Origin: Arenicellales bacterium
Lineage (GTDB): Bacteria; Pseudomonadota; Gammaproteobacteria; Arenicellales; JAJDZL01
Assembly (NCBI GenBank): GCA_965200645.1
Contig: CBDAUN010000003.1
Location: 519,718 to 583,717, forward strand
Length of the DNA: 64,000 nucleotides
Reading direction: 5' to 3'
Shown here: positions 27,502-35,823 of the stretch, piece after piece
How the letters are laid out: the number at the start of each line of letters is the position of its first letter
Numbering within the stretch: position 1 is the first letter of the stretch
Notes under the pieces: generated by a model
The model's database searches: none
What the model was told of the DNA's origin: nothing
What the model saw: only the letters and a program-made list of their open reading frames with translations
Made by a program: the position numbers and the translations under genes

Positions 27502-29075
27502 TATTCTCTCTTTTCTTCGGTGACGAGGTGGAGAGACTTAATCTCTTCAATAATAATTTCGTGAATCATCGCACGTAGATCCTGACCTGATGCTGCGATT
27601 GAAACGGTTCCTGTATGACCGGTATCAATACCATCCTTAGGAGTAAAGGAGTAGTCAATGGCACCCTTAAGTGAACGATCAACTTCGCATTCAGGTAGCT
27701 GAATGTCATTGAACTGACTTAAGTCATATGCCTTGTTCTTGTTGTATGCCATTCGCACCCATTGAACTAGATGCTGTGGACCGACATTTTCTCCTACAGA
27801 ACTTCGACCATAGAATCCCGTTCCTACCGTCATCGTCGGTGCCAGGTTGGTGTCAAATCCTGAAGCACCCGTACTGCAACCAGCATTAACTGCTATCCTC
27901 AGTACATTCATTTCCGAACCGAAGCGGAATATCATCTCTTCGTCTTTGCAATGAATTGCTGCAGAGTGACCGCCGCCGGTGTGACGGGTCATAGCGGTAC
28001 AGGCCTTCATTGCTGAATCACGGCTATCTACTATGAAATATCCCAGTACTGGACAGAGTTTTTCTGTGCTTAACGGGTAGTCATCACCAATTCGCTCCAG
28101 CGGCACAACCAGTACTTCAGTGTTTGCGGGTAAGCGGATCCTCGCCTTTTCCCCAATCCACTCAGCCGACTGACCAACCACCGCAATGTCAAATTTTCCT
28201 TCAGGAAATAAAACTTCAGCAACACGGTCCCGTTCTTGCTCACTACAGAAGTAGCAACCATTCTTTTGCATTGCCAAAACTAACTGATCGCTTACTTTTT
28301 TATTGGCAATCACAGCGGACTCGTTGGTACACAAAATGCTGCGATCAAATGCCTTGCTTTGCGCAATTTCCTTAGCTGCATGTTCTATATCAGCTGATTT
28401 ATCGACATAGGCTGGACAGTTTCCAGGGCCCACTCCGAGCGCCGGATTTCCTGAACTGTAGGCAGCACGTACCATCAATGACCCGCCGGTTGCTAGAATC
28501 AAGTCGATTCTGTCGGAATGCATGATTGTTTCGATAATCGGAAGCTTAGGTTCCTCGATTACTTGGACGATGCCATCAGGAGCACCAGCTGCTTGTGCAA
28601 CTTCGGCAATTTGGTTTACGGCGTCCGTACAGCATTCTTTAGCAGCCGGATGAGGACTAATCACAACAGCGTTTCTAGTTAGCAGGCACAGCAAAGCTTT
28701 AAAAAAAACGGAACAAACCGGATTAGTTGATGGAGTAAGAGCAAAAATGACTCCTGCAGGTCGTGGAATTTCAATAATCCCCTTCTCTTCATTGACCCTT
28801 TGACTGATGAAGTCCTGATCCTTGTAGTATTCGTAAATTCCTTCACTACACAGCCGATTTTTGACTTCCTTATGGTCTGGATTACCGAATCCAGTTTCGT
28901 CTACCGCCCAATCAGCGTAGAAACGCGCAGTTTCAGCTCCAAGGTCAGCCACGGCTTTTGCAATTCGTAGTACATCAGCTCGTCTGTAATTCGAGTAAAT
29001 GCTCGCAGCCCAACGTGCTCGTTCAACGACACGGGCTGCCTGAAACTCGGGCATTTTGGCGAAATTCATAGTCAT
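27501..29075 (-). CDS. CoA-acylating aldehyde dehydrogenase (EutE/PduP-like) with C-terminal encapsulation-peptide-like helix
   Basis: PSTNP, ATGG, GVGPGNCP, catalytic LCTNES, EKLCPVL; long linker then DLRAMIHEIIIEEIKSL. Confidence 0.92.
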   Translation of the reverse strand: MTMNFAKMPEFQAARVVERARWAASIYSNYRRADVLRIAKAVADLGAETARFYADWAVDETGFGNPDHKEVKNRLCSEGIYEYYKDQDFISQRVNEEKGIIEIPRPAGVIFALTPSTNPVCSVFFKALLCLLTRNAVVISPHPAAKECCTDAVNQIAEVAQAAGAPDGIVQVIEEPKLPIIETIMHSDRIDLILATGGSLMVRAAYSSGNPALGVGPGNCPAYVDKSADIEHAAKEIAQSKAFDRSILCTNESAVIANKKVSDQLVLAMQKNGCYFCSEQERDRVAEVLFPEGKFDIAVVGQSAEWIGEKARIRLPANTEVLVVPLERIGDDYPLSTEKLCPVLGYFIVDSRDSAMKACTAMTRHTGGGHSAAIHCKDEEMIFRFGSEMNVLRIAVNAGCSTGASGFDTNLAPTMTVGTGFYGRSSVGENVGPQHLVQWVRMAYNKNKAYDLSQFNDIQLPECEVDRSLKGAIDYSFTPKDGIDTGHTGTVSIAASGQDLRAMIHEIIIEEIKSLHLVTEEKRE

Positions 29076-29179
29076 CAGTGACTGTCTTTATCAATTCGTA
29101 GTCATAATTCTGGATTTTCGGTTGTAAGTGTAGACGCAATCAAGCCAATAACTCTTGACACTAAACGGCAAAATTTTGA

Positions 29180-29210
29180 CTTTTCAACAAAAGTTGTCCT
29201 GGTTGAAAAG
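29180..29210. promoter_or_regulatory. Inverted repeat in the BMC operon/AraC divergent promoter
   Basis: CTTTTCAAC-N13-GTTGAAAAG, a perfect 9-bp inverted repeat. Confidence 0.4.
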
Positions 29211-29449
29211 CATCGAAGAAACAGTACTTGAATAAATGACTCGAAGGTTAAAAGTTGAAGTTGTTGCACATATTGGAATTTTTAAGACAACAATTTCAAT
29301 AAATCAGCTGTTTGAATAATCCAATACTACAATTTTTGTGTTGTTTGAAAAACTTCTCAGTTTAAGACTGAATAGCGTGTAGTAACACTTGATGATTAAT
29401 TTATGTAATAATTTCAACTCATTAAAAGTCGCAATGGCACACTAGCGAT

Positions 29450-30529
29450 ATGAATGCTGAAATCTATGCTCGGACTTCGTCATTTTCTAACCCGATAAAT
29501 GGTGATTCCGATTCTGAGCCGCATGTTCTGGCACCGGCTGCTACAGGTGTAGATGAATTCATTAACCAACACGGTGGTGATGTCGACCGTGTATTCGGAG
29601 AAGCTGAAGTTGACTTAAACTGCATTGGCAATCCAACAGCTGGAATGGAGCTGAAGTCGTTTTGCGGACTTTTCGAATCAGCATCCAAACATACCCGTAA
29701 CGATAACTTTGGACTGTGGTTTGGCAATCAATTCACTCCAAGCGATTTAGGCCTTTGGGGATATGCCGCGATTTCATCTCCAACCCTTGGAGCCGCTTTA
29801 GATAATCTGATAGATTTATTTCGGTTTCACCAACAATGCTCCTTGCTAAGACTAACAAAATCTTCCTATGCCGGGATGCTGCAACTTGAGTATCAAGTTC
29901 GTGACCCTCAAATCATACAACGGCGGCAAGACGCTGAATTGTCGTTGGGTATGTTTTTGAATGTGTTTCGCAATTGCTATGGTCAACACTGGCATCCTGA
30001 AGAAGTGTATTTTGAACACCCAAAACCAGAAAACTGCAACGAACATCAAACTGCGTTCAACGCTCCGGTATTCTTTAACCAAAACGTAAACGCAATCGTG
30101 TTTAAGGAAAAAGAATTGGAACGTAGAATGCCTCAATGCGACCTTAAGTTGATGTCGATGATGCGAGTTTGTCTTGAGACACTGGGCAATGGTACTCCAC
30201 TGACACAGAACTTAATTGATCGCATTCGAAATGTGATTCGCGCGAATCTATCGAGCAGTTGTCCTTCTCTTGAGCAAGTAGCCGAAGCGATGCATATGAG
30301 TGCAAGCGCAGTCCAACGAAATCTCGCATGGGAGGGATTGTCATACACCGATCTTGTCGAAGAAACTAGACAAAATTTGGCGCAAATTTACTTAAGACAA
30401 CGTAATCTCTCACTATCCGAAATCGCATACCTACTCGGATATTCGGAATTAAGCGCCTTTAGCCGTGCCTTTCGCAGATGGACTGGCCAGTCTCCACGTA
30501 GCCACAGAGGCGGCCATCAAGATAAGTGA
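29450..30529 (+). CDS. AraC-family transcriptional regulator
   Basis: N-terminal Arabinose_bd_2-like domain; C-terminal double HTH (LSEIAYLLGYSELSAFSRAFRRWTGQSP); divergent from the BMC operon. Confidence 0.92.
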   Translation: MNAEIYARTSSFSNPINGDSDSEPHVLAPAATGVDEFINQHGGDVDRVFGEAEVDLNCIGNPTAGMELKSFCGLFESASKHTRNDNFGLWFGNQFTPSDLGLWGYAAISSPTLGAALDNLIDLFRFHQQCSLLRLTKSSYAGMLQLEYQVRDPQIIQRRQDAELSLGMFLNVFRNCYGQHWHPEEVYFEHPKPENCNEHQTAFNAPVFFNQNVNAIVFKEKELERRMPQCDLKLMSMMRVCLETLGNGTPLTQNLIDRIRNVIRANLSSSCPSLEQVAEAMHMSASAVQRNLAWEGLSYTDLVEETRQNLAQIYLRQRNLSLSEIAYLLGYSELSAFSRAFRRWTGQSPRSHRGGHQDK

Positions 30530-30544
30530 TATTGTCGTTCAAGC

Positions 30545-31348
30545 TTATGCACGATTGTGAACTCGCCTGACGATCTTTAGAACTACATATAGTATCAACA
30601 CGATTGCAGCGGCACCGGTCATTGTCAACGAACCTAAGGTTGGCACCATCGGTGTATAACCGGAAACCATCTTCGCATACAGCCACTCCGGAATAGTTTG
30701 ATCCGCACCAGTGGTAAACAATGACAAGGGGAAATTACCCCAAGACAATAGAAACGCAAAAATCGCTCCTGAAATTATGCCAGGTGACAATATGGGCAAA
30801 GTTATCTCCCGAAATACCTGCCAGCGTGAAGCCCCCAAGTCGAAGGCGGCTTCTTCCCACACAGGGTCAAAACTGTACACTTGAATCGACATAATCAAAG
30901 TCACTATCGGTAAAATCCAGATCATGTGGGCAAAGACAGCCGTGTGCCAACTGGTAATGATTCCAATGGAAGAAAACCATAGAAGAAGCGCTAATCCAAG
31001 CACTGCTTGAGGAAAGAATATGGGCAGCATAATCAGTCTTTGATACATCTTGCGACCTTTCCAGTCATAACGAGCAAATGCCAATGCCCCAAAAAAAGCG
31101 AGCACAACCGACAGCAACGTAACTAATGCAGCAACTGAAAAGGATGTCCAAAACAAATCCCGTACAGACAGCGAACTAAAGGCTTTTTCATACCACCTCG
31201 TATCCCAGAACTTTATCGGAAACTGGAAATAACGCTGCTTGGTAAACGATGCGAGAATGACCGAAAACAGTGGCATGTAAAGAAACAGAATTACTGCTCC
31301 CGTCCACAGCGCAATCAGATTGCGAGCAATACGCTTTTTACTATCCAT
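30545..31348 (-). CDS. PotC-like ABC permease
   Basis: LFLYMPL, WEEAAFDLGASRWQVFREITLP EAA loop. Confidence 0.88.
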   Translation of the reverse strand: MDSKKRIARNLIALWTGAVILFLYMPLFSVILASFTKQRYFQFPIKFWDTRWYEKAFSSLSVRDLFWTSFSVAALVTLLSVVLAFFGALAFARYDWKGRKMYQRLIMLPIFFPQAVLGLALLLWFSSIGIITSWHTAVFAHMIWILPIVTLIMSIQVYSFDPVWEEAAFDLGASRWQVFREITLPILSPGIISGAIFAFLLSWGNFPLSLFTTGADQTIPEWLYAKMVSGYTPMVPTLGSLTMTGAAAIVLILYVVLKIVRRVHNRA

Positions 31349-31351
31349 ATC

Positions 31352-32212
31352 CTACCTTCGCCCGATCACTTGATCCAAATCGATGCGCCGAAAGAGAAAG
31401 AAAATAATCGCACCGCAGAGTGCAATTAACAAAACTGAAAGAACCGATCCCCGAGGCCAGTTTTGCGCAAAAGTAAAGGCCGACTCAATATCATCTGAAA
31501 TCATTACGATTACTTGTCCGCCAAGGATTTTTGATTCCGCTAATGAGCCAAGAGCCAAAATAAACGTCAGCATACTTCCAATTAAAATTCCGGGCATTGA
31601 AAGCGGAACTTCAACCTCTTTGAATATCTGAAATCGATTCGCACCCAAATCTGCCGCTGCTTCCTTCAGAGTATCTGGAACCATAGACATGCCGATTACT
31701 AGCGGGAACAACATAAATGGCAGATAGACATATACAAGACCCAGGATAACTGCCGGAACCGTATATAGCATTCCCGATAGGCTGACTCCAAAAATGGCCT
31801 GCAAAGACCCGTCAATAATGCCGTTTTTCAGTAGAAGCAAGACCCAACCAAAAAGACGAATGTTTTCTGAAATAAGCAATGGTAATGCTATAAGCACGGT
31901 CAAAAGTGTTGCCCATCTTCCGAACAACTTTGTCATTCCATAGGCAATTGGATAAGTGACCAACAATAAGAGCAGGACAGTAATCAGTGCTAAAAATAGT
32001 GACCAGGAAAAAGATATGTAATAGCTCTCTGTGACAACGGAAAGATAGTTATCCAGAGTCGGAGCCTGCTTGAGAGAAAAAGTCTTGGGTGGCATAAAGC
32101 TGTATGCCACGACAAGAGCAAGAGGGCCTGCAAATCCAATCAGTAGAAAAACACTTGACGGTAACGCCGCCAGTACGCCTGGCTGTCTTAACCAGCGGTT
32201 TAAGTTCTTCAT
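31352..32212 (-). CDS. PotB-like ABC permease
   Basis: YVYLPFM, LKEAAADLGANRFQIF EAA loop. Confidence 0.88.
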   Translation of the reverse strand: MKNLNRWLRQPGVLAALPSSVFLLIGFAGPLALVVAYSFMPPKTFSLKQAPTLDNYLSVVTESYYISFSWSLFLALITVLLLLLVTYPIAYGMTKLFGRWATLLTVLIALPLLISENIRLFGWVLLLLKNGIIDGSLQAIFGVSLSGMLYTVPAVILGLVYVYLPFMLFPLVIGMSMVPDTLKEAAADLGANRFQIFKEVEVPLSMPGILIGSMLTFILALGSLAESKILGGQVIVMISDDIESAFTFAQNWPRGSVLSVLLIALCGAIIFFLFRRIDLDQVIGRR

Positions 32213-33285
32213 TCGCTGACTAAAATACAGTCTTGCGGATGCCAGCCGACACTGACCTGATCTCCCTGTTCACCGCGAAAAGGTTCATCTTGTAACCGCT
32301 CTATCAGCCAGTGCTCCTCTCCATCGGTACTGCGAACTTGATATTGAATTCGAGAACCCAAAGCGTAGTCATTAAACAGCACACCATTTAATTTGTTTGG
32401 GAGTGATTCTGCTGCTGGACCAATCTTCATCACTTCAGGTCGTATGATGAGGTATCCCTCCTCAAAATTTTCTAAACCGTTTGCGACTTCGTAACGCATA
32501 TCGCTGACAACATCACGAACGAATTTTGAATCCGCTCGCCTGACAGCCATTGTGTTAACTTCTCCCATAAATTGAGCAACAAACTTATTGAGCGGACGAC
32601 TGTAAATGTCATCCGGTGTTCCGATCTGAATCAGTCCGCCTTGGTTGAGAATGCCAATTCGGTCACTCATCACCATTGCTTCTTCAAGGGAGTGAGTAAT
32701 GTAGACAAAGGTTTTGCCTGTTTCTCGATGAATGTCCTTAAGTTCCTTCTCCAATGTCTTTCGTAGTCGATAATCCAATGCAGACAACGGTTCATCAAAA
32801 AAGAGAATTTCCGGGTCGAAGGCTAAAGCACGCGCCAGTGCAATTCGCTGCTGCTCGCCACCAGAACACTGACTGATGCGCTTACCATAAAAGTCAGCAG
32901 GCAAGCGCAACAGTTCAAGTAACTCAATCGCCCGTTTGCGGCGTACATCGGCAGCAACCCCGGCAATCTTCATTGCGAATTCGATGTTTTGCCCAACGGA
33001 CTTATGCGGGAACAGGGCGAGATTTTGAAAGACCATACACGTCGGCCGTTTGCTGGCCGGTACGTGATTGACTGTTTCGCCCTTTAAAACGACATCGCCA
33101 CTGGTGGGGCTGTCCATCCCCACCAGTATGCGAATCAAAGTGGTTTTTCCACTTCCTGAGGGCCCGACAAGTGTGAAAAATTCGCCTTCCGATATACTAA
33201 GATTTACATTTTTTAGTGCGGTAAACTCACCGAACTGCTTTGTAATATCGCGCAACTCTAGAAATTCCGCAAAACCACCACTCAT
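32209..33285 (-). CDS. PotA-like ABC ATPase
   Basis: GPSGSGKTT, CSGGEQQRIALAR, FFDEPLSALD, TOBE tail. Confidence 0.92.
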   Translation of the reverse strand: MSGGFAEFLELRDITKQFGEFTALKNVNLSISEGEFFTLVGPSGSGKTTLIRILVGMDSPTSGDVVLKGETVNHVPASKRPTCMVFQNLALFPHKSVGQNIEFAMKIAGVAADVRRKRAIELLELLRLPADFYGKRISQCSGGEQQRIALARALAFDPEILFFDEPLSALDYRLRKTLEKELKDIHRETGKTFVYITHSLEEAMVMSDRIGILNQGGLIQIGTPDDIYSRPLNKFVAQFMGEVNTMAVRRADSKFVRDVVSDMRYEVANGLENFEEGYLIIRPEVMKIGPAAESLPNKLNGVLFNDYALGSRIQYQVRSTDGEEHWLIERLQDEPFRGEQGDQVSVGWHPQDCILVSE

Positions 33286-33340
33286 TGTTTTGCAATCAGT
33301 CTAGAGTTTGTGAATCAGATTACGAAATAGTTAACGCCAA

Positions 33341-34495
33341 TTAAGACGATTCACGTCCACGTTTGGCAGCTGAATATAGATCATACATAGCTGCATAATC
33401 CGGATTAATGTTGTAGTCTACAGACCTAGACATCTCATCCTCTAGGGTATCCCATTGAATGGCATCAAGTTCTTCACTATCAAAGGCACTAAGCACTTCT
33501 GGGTCACCCATTTGAGTTACAGGATTGTATGTCCCTTCCGCGAAAGCGACATTCTTACTCACATCAGGTCGCTGAATGTATGCAAGGAATTCCTCTGCCA
33601 ACGGGGAAACTTCAGGATTGTTGACGACTGAAGTCAACTCAATCCAAACGATTCCACCTTTGCCATCCATCGGTCCTGATTTAGGGGTAATGCCTCGAAC
33701 GTTGTTGAAACCATCATACCGTGCAGGCGAAGCTGTATAGGTTCCGCCGGTGAAGTATGCATCAATTTCTCCATTGATCAATGCGAGATTCATTTGAACC
33801 AAATCGTCCGTCAGTATTTTTGCACCATTAAAAATCTGCTGTGCAACATCTCCAACTGCAGCAATTTCATCTGCTGTGTGGGATCTGAACGGATCGATAC
33901 CTGCGGTGACGCACATGTGAAAAATATTCCAGTTGTCGTACGTCAATACGCCGTAACGTTGATTCATGCTCGAATCCAAAAACAGGTTGAATCCTTGATC
34001 CTCGGCCATTTCCCTAGAAATTTTGTCAGTATTTACTACAAAATTAAACGGACCAAATCGTTGCGTTACACCAAGCAGATGCTCACCTGTTTTGTCCATG
34101 GCCCAAGGATATGGCGGATGGAAAGCCGGCATCATCTTTTCAAAAAATGGTTCAAACCGGTCACGAGGAATGGGCTTAATCAAGCCTTCTGGAAACATCT
34201 GTTCCCTGGCCCACGGATTGTTTACATTAATCAAATCCCAAACCTTGGTTTCACCAGCACGAAGTCGGTTAACCGCATCAGGATCGGATGTCAAACCTTC
34301 TGCCCGAACTGTAGCATCAAATTCTGCACGAAAAGGATCCAATACATCATCTGAGTTGTATCCTTCCCAGCAGTAGATGTTCAGTTCCTTTTCCCGTGCT
34401 GCATATGATAGATTCGGTAGTGTCCCCAACGAATACGCCGCAGCAAATGCTCCGGTGGTTTTGAGAAAATTACGTCTTGTTTGTTTGATCGCCAT
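33341..34495 (-). CDS. PotD/PotF-like amine-binding protein with Tat signal; start probably ATG 34495
   Basis: TRRNFLK twin-arginine motif, LNIYCWEGY, head of a pot-like operon. Confidence 0.85.
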   Translation of the reverse strand: MAIKQTRRNFLKTTGAFAAAYSLGTLPNLSYAAREKELNIYCWEGYNSDDVLDPFRAEFDATVRAEGLTSDPDAVNRLRAGETKVWDLINVNNPWAREQMFPEGLIKPIPRDRFEPFFEKMMPAFHPPYPWAMDKTGEHLLGVTQRFGPFNFVVNTDKISREMAEDQGFNLFLDSSMNQRYGVLTYDNWNIFHMCVTAGIDPFRSHTADEIAAVGDVAQQIFNGAKILTDDLVQMNLALINGEIDAYFTGGTYTASPARYDGFNNVRGITPKSGPMDGKGGIVWIELTSVVNNPEVSPLAEEFLAYIQRPDVSKNVAFAEGTYNPVTQMGDPEVLSAFDSEELDAIQWDTLEDEMSRSVDYNINPDYAAMYDLYSAAKRGRESS

Positions 34496-34710
34496 AACAA
34501 TCCTCCTAGAAAAATTGAGCAAATTACACCAATGCTTTAACTGAGCATTGAATTAATTTAAAAAGCAACTGGTGTAGGAATAGAATCCCTGCCCCAATTG
34601 CCTTCAAATTCTATTATTAAGTAATTCAATATTACTCGAGACGCACTATGTTATCAATTTTTTGAGAAATAGAATGTCTATGCAACAATTCTCACTCTCT
34701 ACCAATAAAT

Positions 34711-35742
34711 TTACTTTCTCTGGAGTTTTCGATATTCACGAACCGCTACTTGGTGGTCCTCAAAATTATCCGAAAATTGATGCGTCCCATCTCCTTTAGC
34801 CACAAAGTACAACGCCGATGTTGTCTCAGGTTGCAAGGCTGCCCGAATCGCCGCAAGCCCAGGCATTGCTATTGGGGTTGGAGGTAACCCGTATCGAGTG
34901 TAGGTGTTGTATTCGGTATCTCGTTTTAAATCGGACTTTTTGATCTTTCCGGTGTAGTCATCACCTAATCCATAGATTACGGTTGGATCCATCTGCAAGC
35001 GCATTCCGCGCCGAAGACGATTGACTATCACCCCTGAAATTGTTGCAAATTCGGATTCGACGCCTGATTCCTTTTGAATAATTGACGCGGCAATTAATCC
35101 TTCATAGATATTTTCATAAGGCAACTCCGGTGCACGACTTTCCCACTCACTAGATAGTGTTTGAAGCATTGCTTCATGTGACTGGGTCAACAATGCGGTA
35201 TCGAGCTGATCTTTTGTATACCTATAAGTATCGGGAAAAAACCAACCTTCAGGGTTACTTTGCTTAATCCCAAGAGTCGAAAGAAAGTCAGTATGAGGGG
35301 ATTCATCCAAGGTTTGTTGGAGATTCTTTTTGGTTGCTATTTCGGCCAAAATATCCTTGTAAGTCCAGCCTTCTATAAATGTTATCTTATAGGTAAGCGA
35401 CTTACCTTTTACAACTGTCTCAAGAACATCGATGATGCTGGATTGATCTTTAAAGCGATACTCTCCAGCCTTGAGATTACGAGAGTAACCGCCCCACTTC
35501 GCTGTGAGATCGAACAGTTTGGTTTGAGAGATTACACCATCTTCATAAAGAGCAATGGCAAGGTCACCGGAATTTTGACCCCGCTCGAGAAGGTAAACTT
35601 TATCAGGCGGAAAATGCAGTGGGCGGGTAATTTGCCAAGCAACATAAAGGACTGCTGTGGTTGCCAGCAGAATCGCCGTCAATGTAGCCGACACTACAAT
35701 AATTGGGCGTTTTTTCTTTGTGCCTTTTTGAGAATCAGTCAA
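34711..35742 (-). CDS. mltG: Endolytic murein transglycosylase MltG
   Basis: PEGWFFPDTY, ASIIQKES, LQMDPTVIYG, YNTYTRYGLPPTPI. Confidence 0.95.
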   Translation of the reverse strand: MTDSQKGTKKKRPIIVVSATLTAILLATTAVLYVAWQITRPLHFPPDKVYLLERGQNSGDLAIALYEDGVISQTKLFDLTAKWGGYSRNLKAGEYRFKDQSSIIDVLETVVKGKSLTYKITFIEGWTYKDILAEIATKKNLQQTLDESPHTDFLSTLGIKQSNPEGWFFPDTYRYTKDQLDTALLTQSHEAMLQTLSSEWESRAPELPYENIYEGLIAASIIQKESGVESEFATISGVIVNRLRRGMRLQMDPTVIYGLGDDYTGKIKKSDLKRDTEYNTYTRYGLPPTPIAMPGLAAIRAALQPETTSALYFVAKGDGTHQFSDNFEDHQVAVREYRKLQRK

Positions 35743-35823
35743 ATTGACAGGAAAGTTCTCTTCCCAACTCCATGCTATATATTGCTAAACCATAGCAAAA
35801 CCAAAGAGAACTGATCAAATCGA

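Noticed and set aside
17412-29075. Eut, Pdu or glycyl-radical (choline/TMA) microcompartment, given the TMAO transporter
   Set aside because: No EutBC, PduCDE, CutC/GRE or activating enzyme; the SDR-kinase-PLP lyase trio fits AAU/RMM.
18289-29195. Shared TTTCAAC..AAGTT motif in the SDR/lyase and BMC promoters
   Set aside because: Spacing differs (N4 vs N2), it is not evident in the tmo or pot promoters, and the DNA is AT-rich, so chance is likely.
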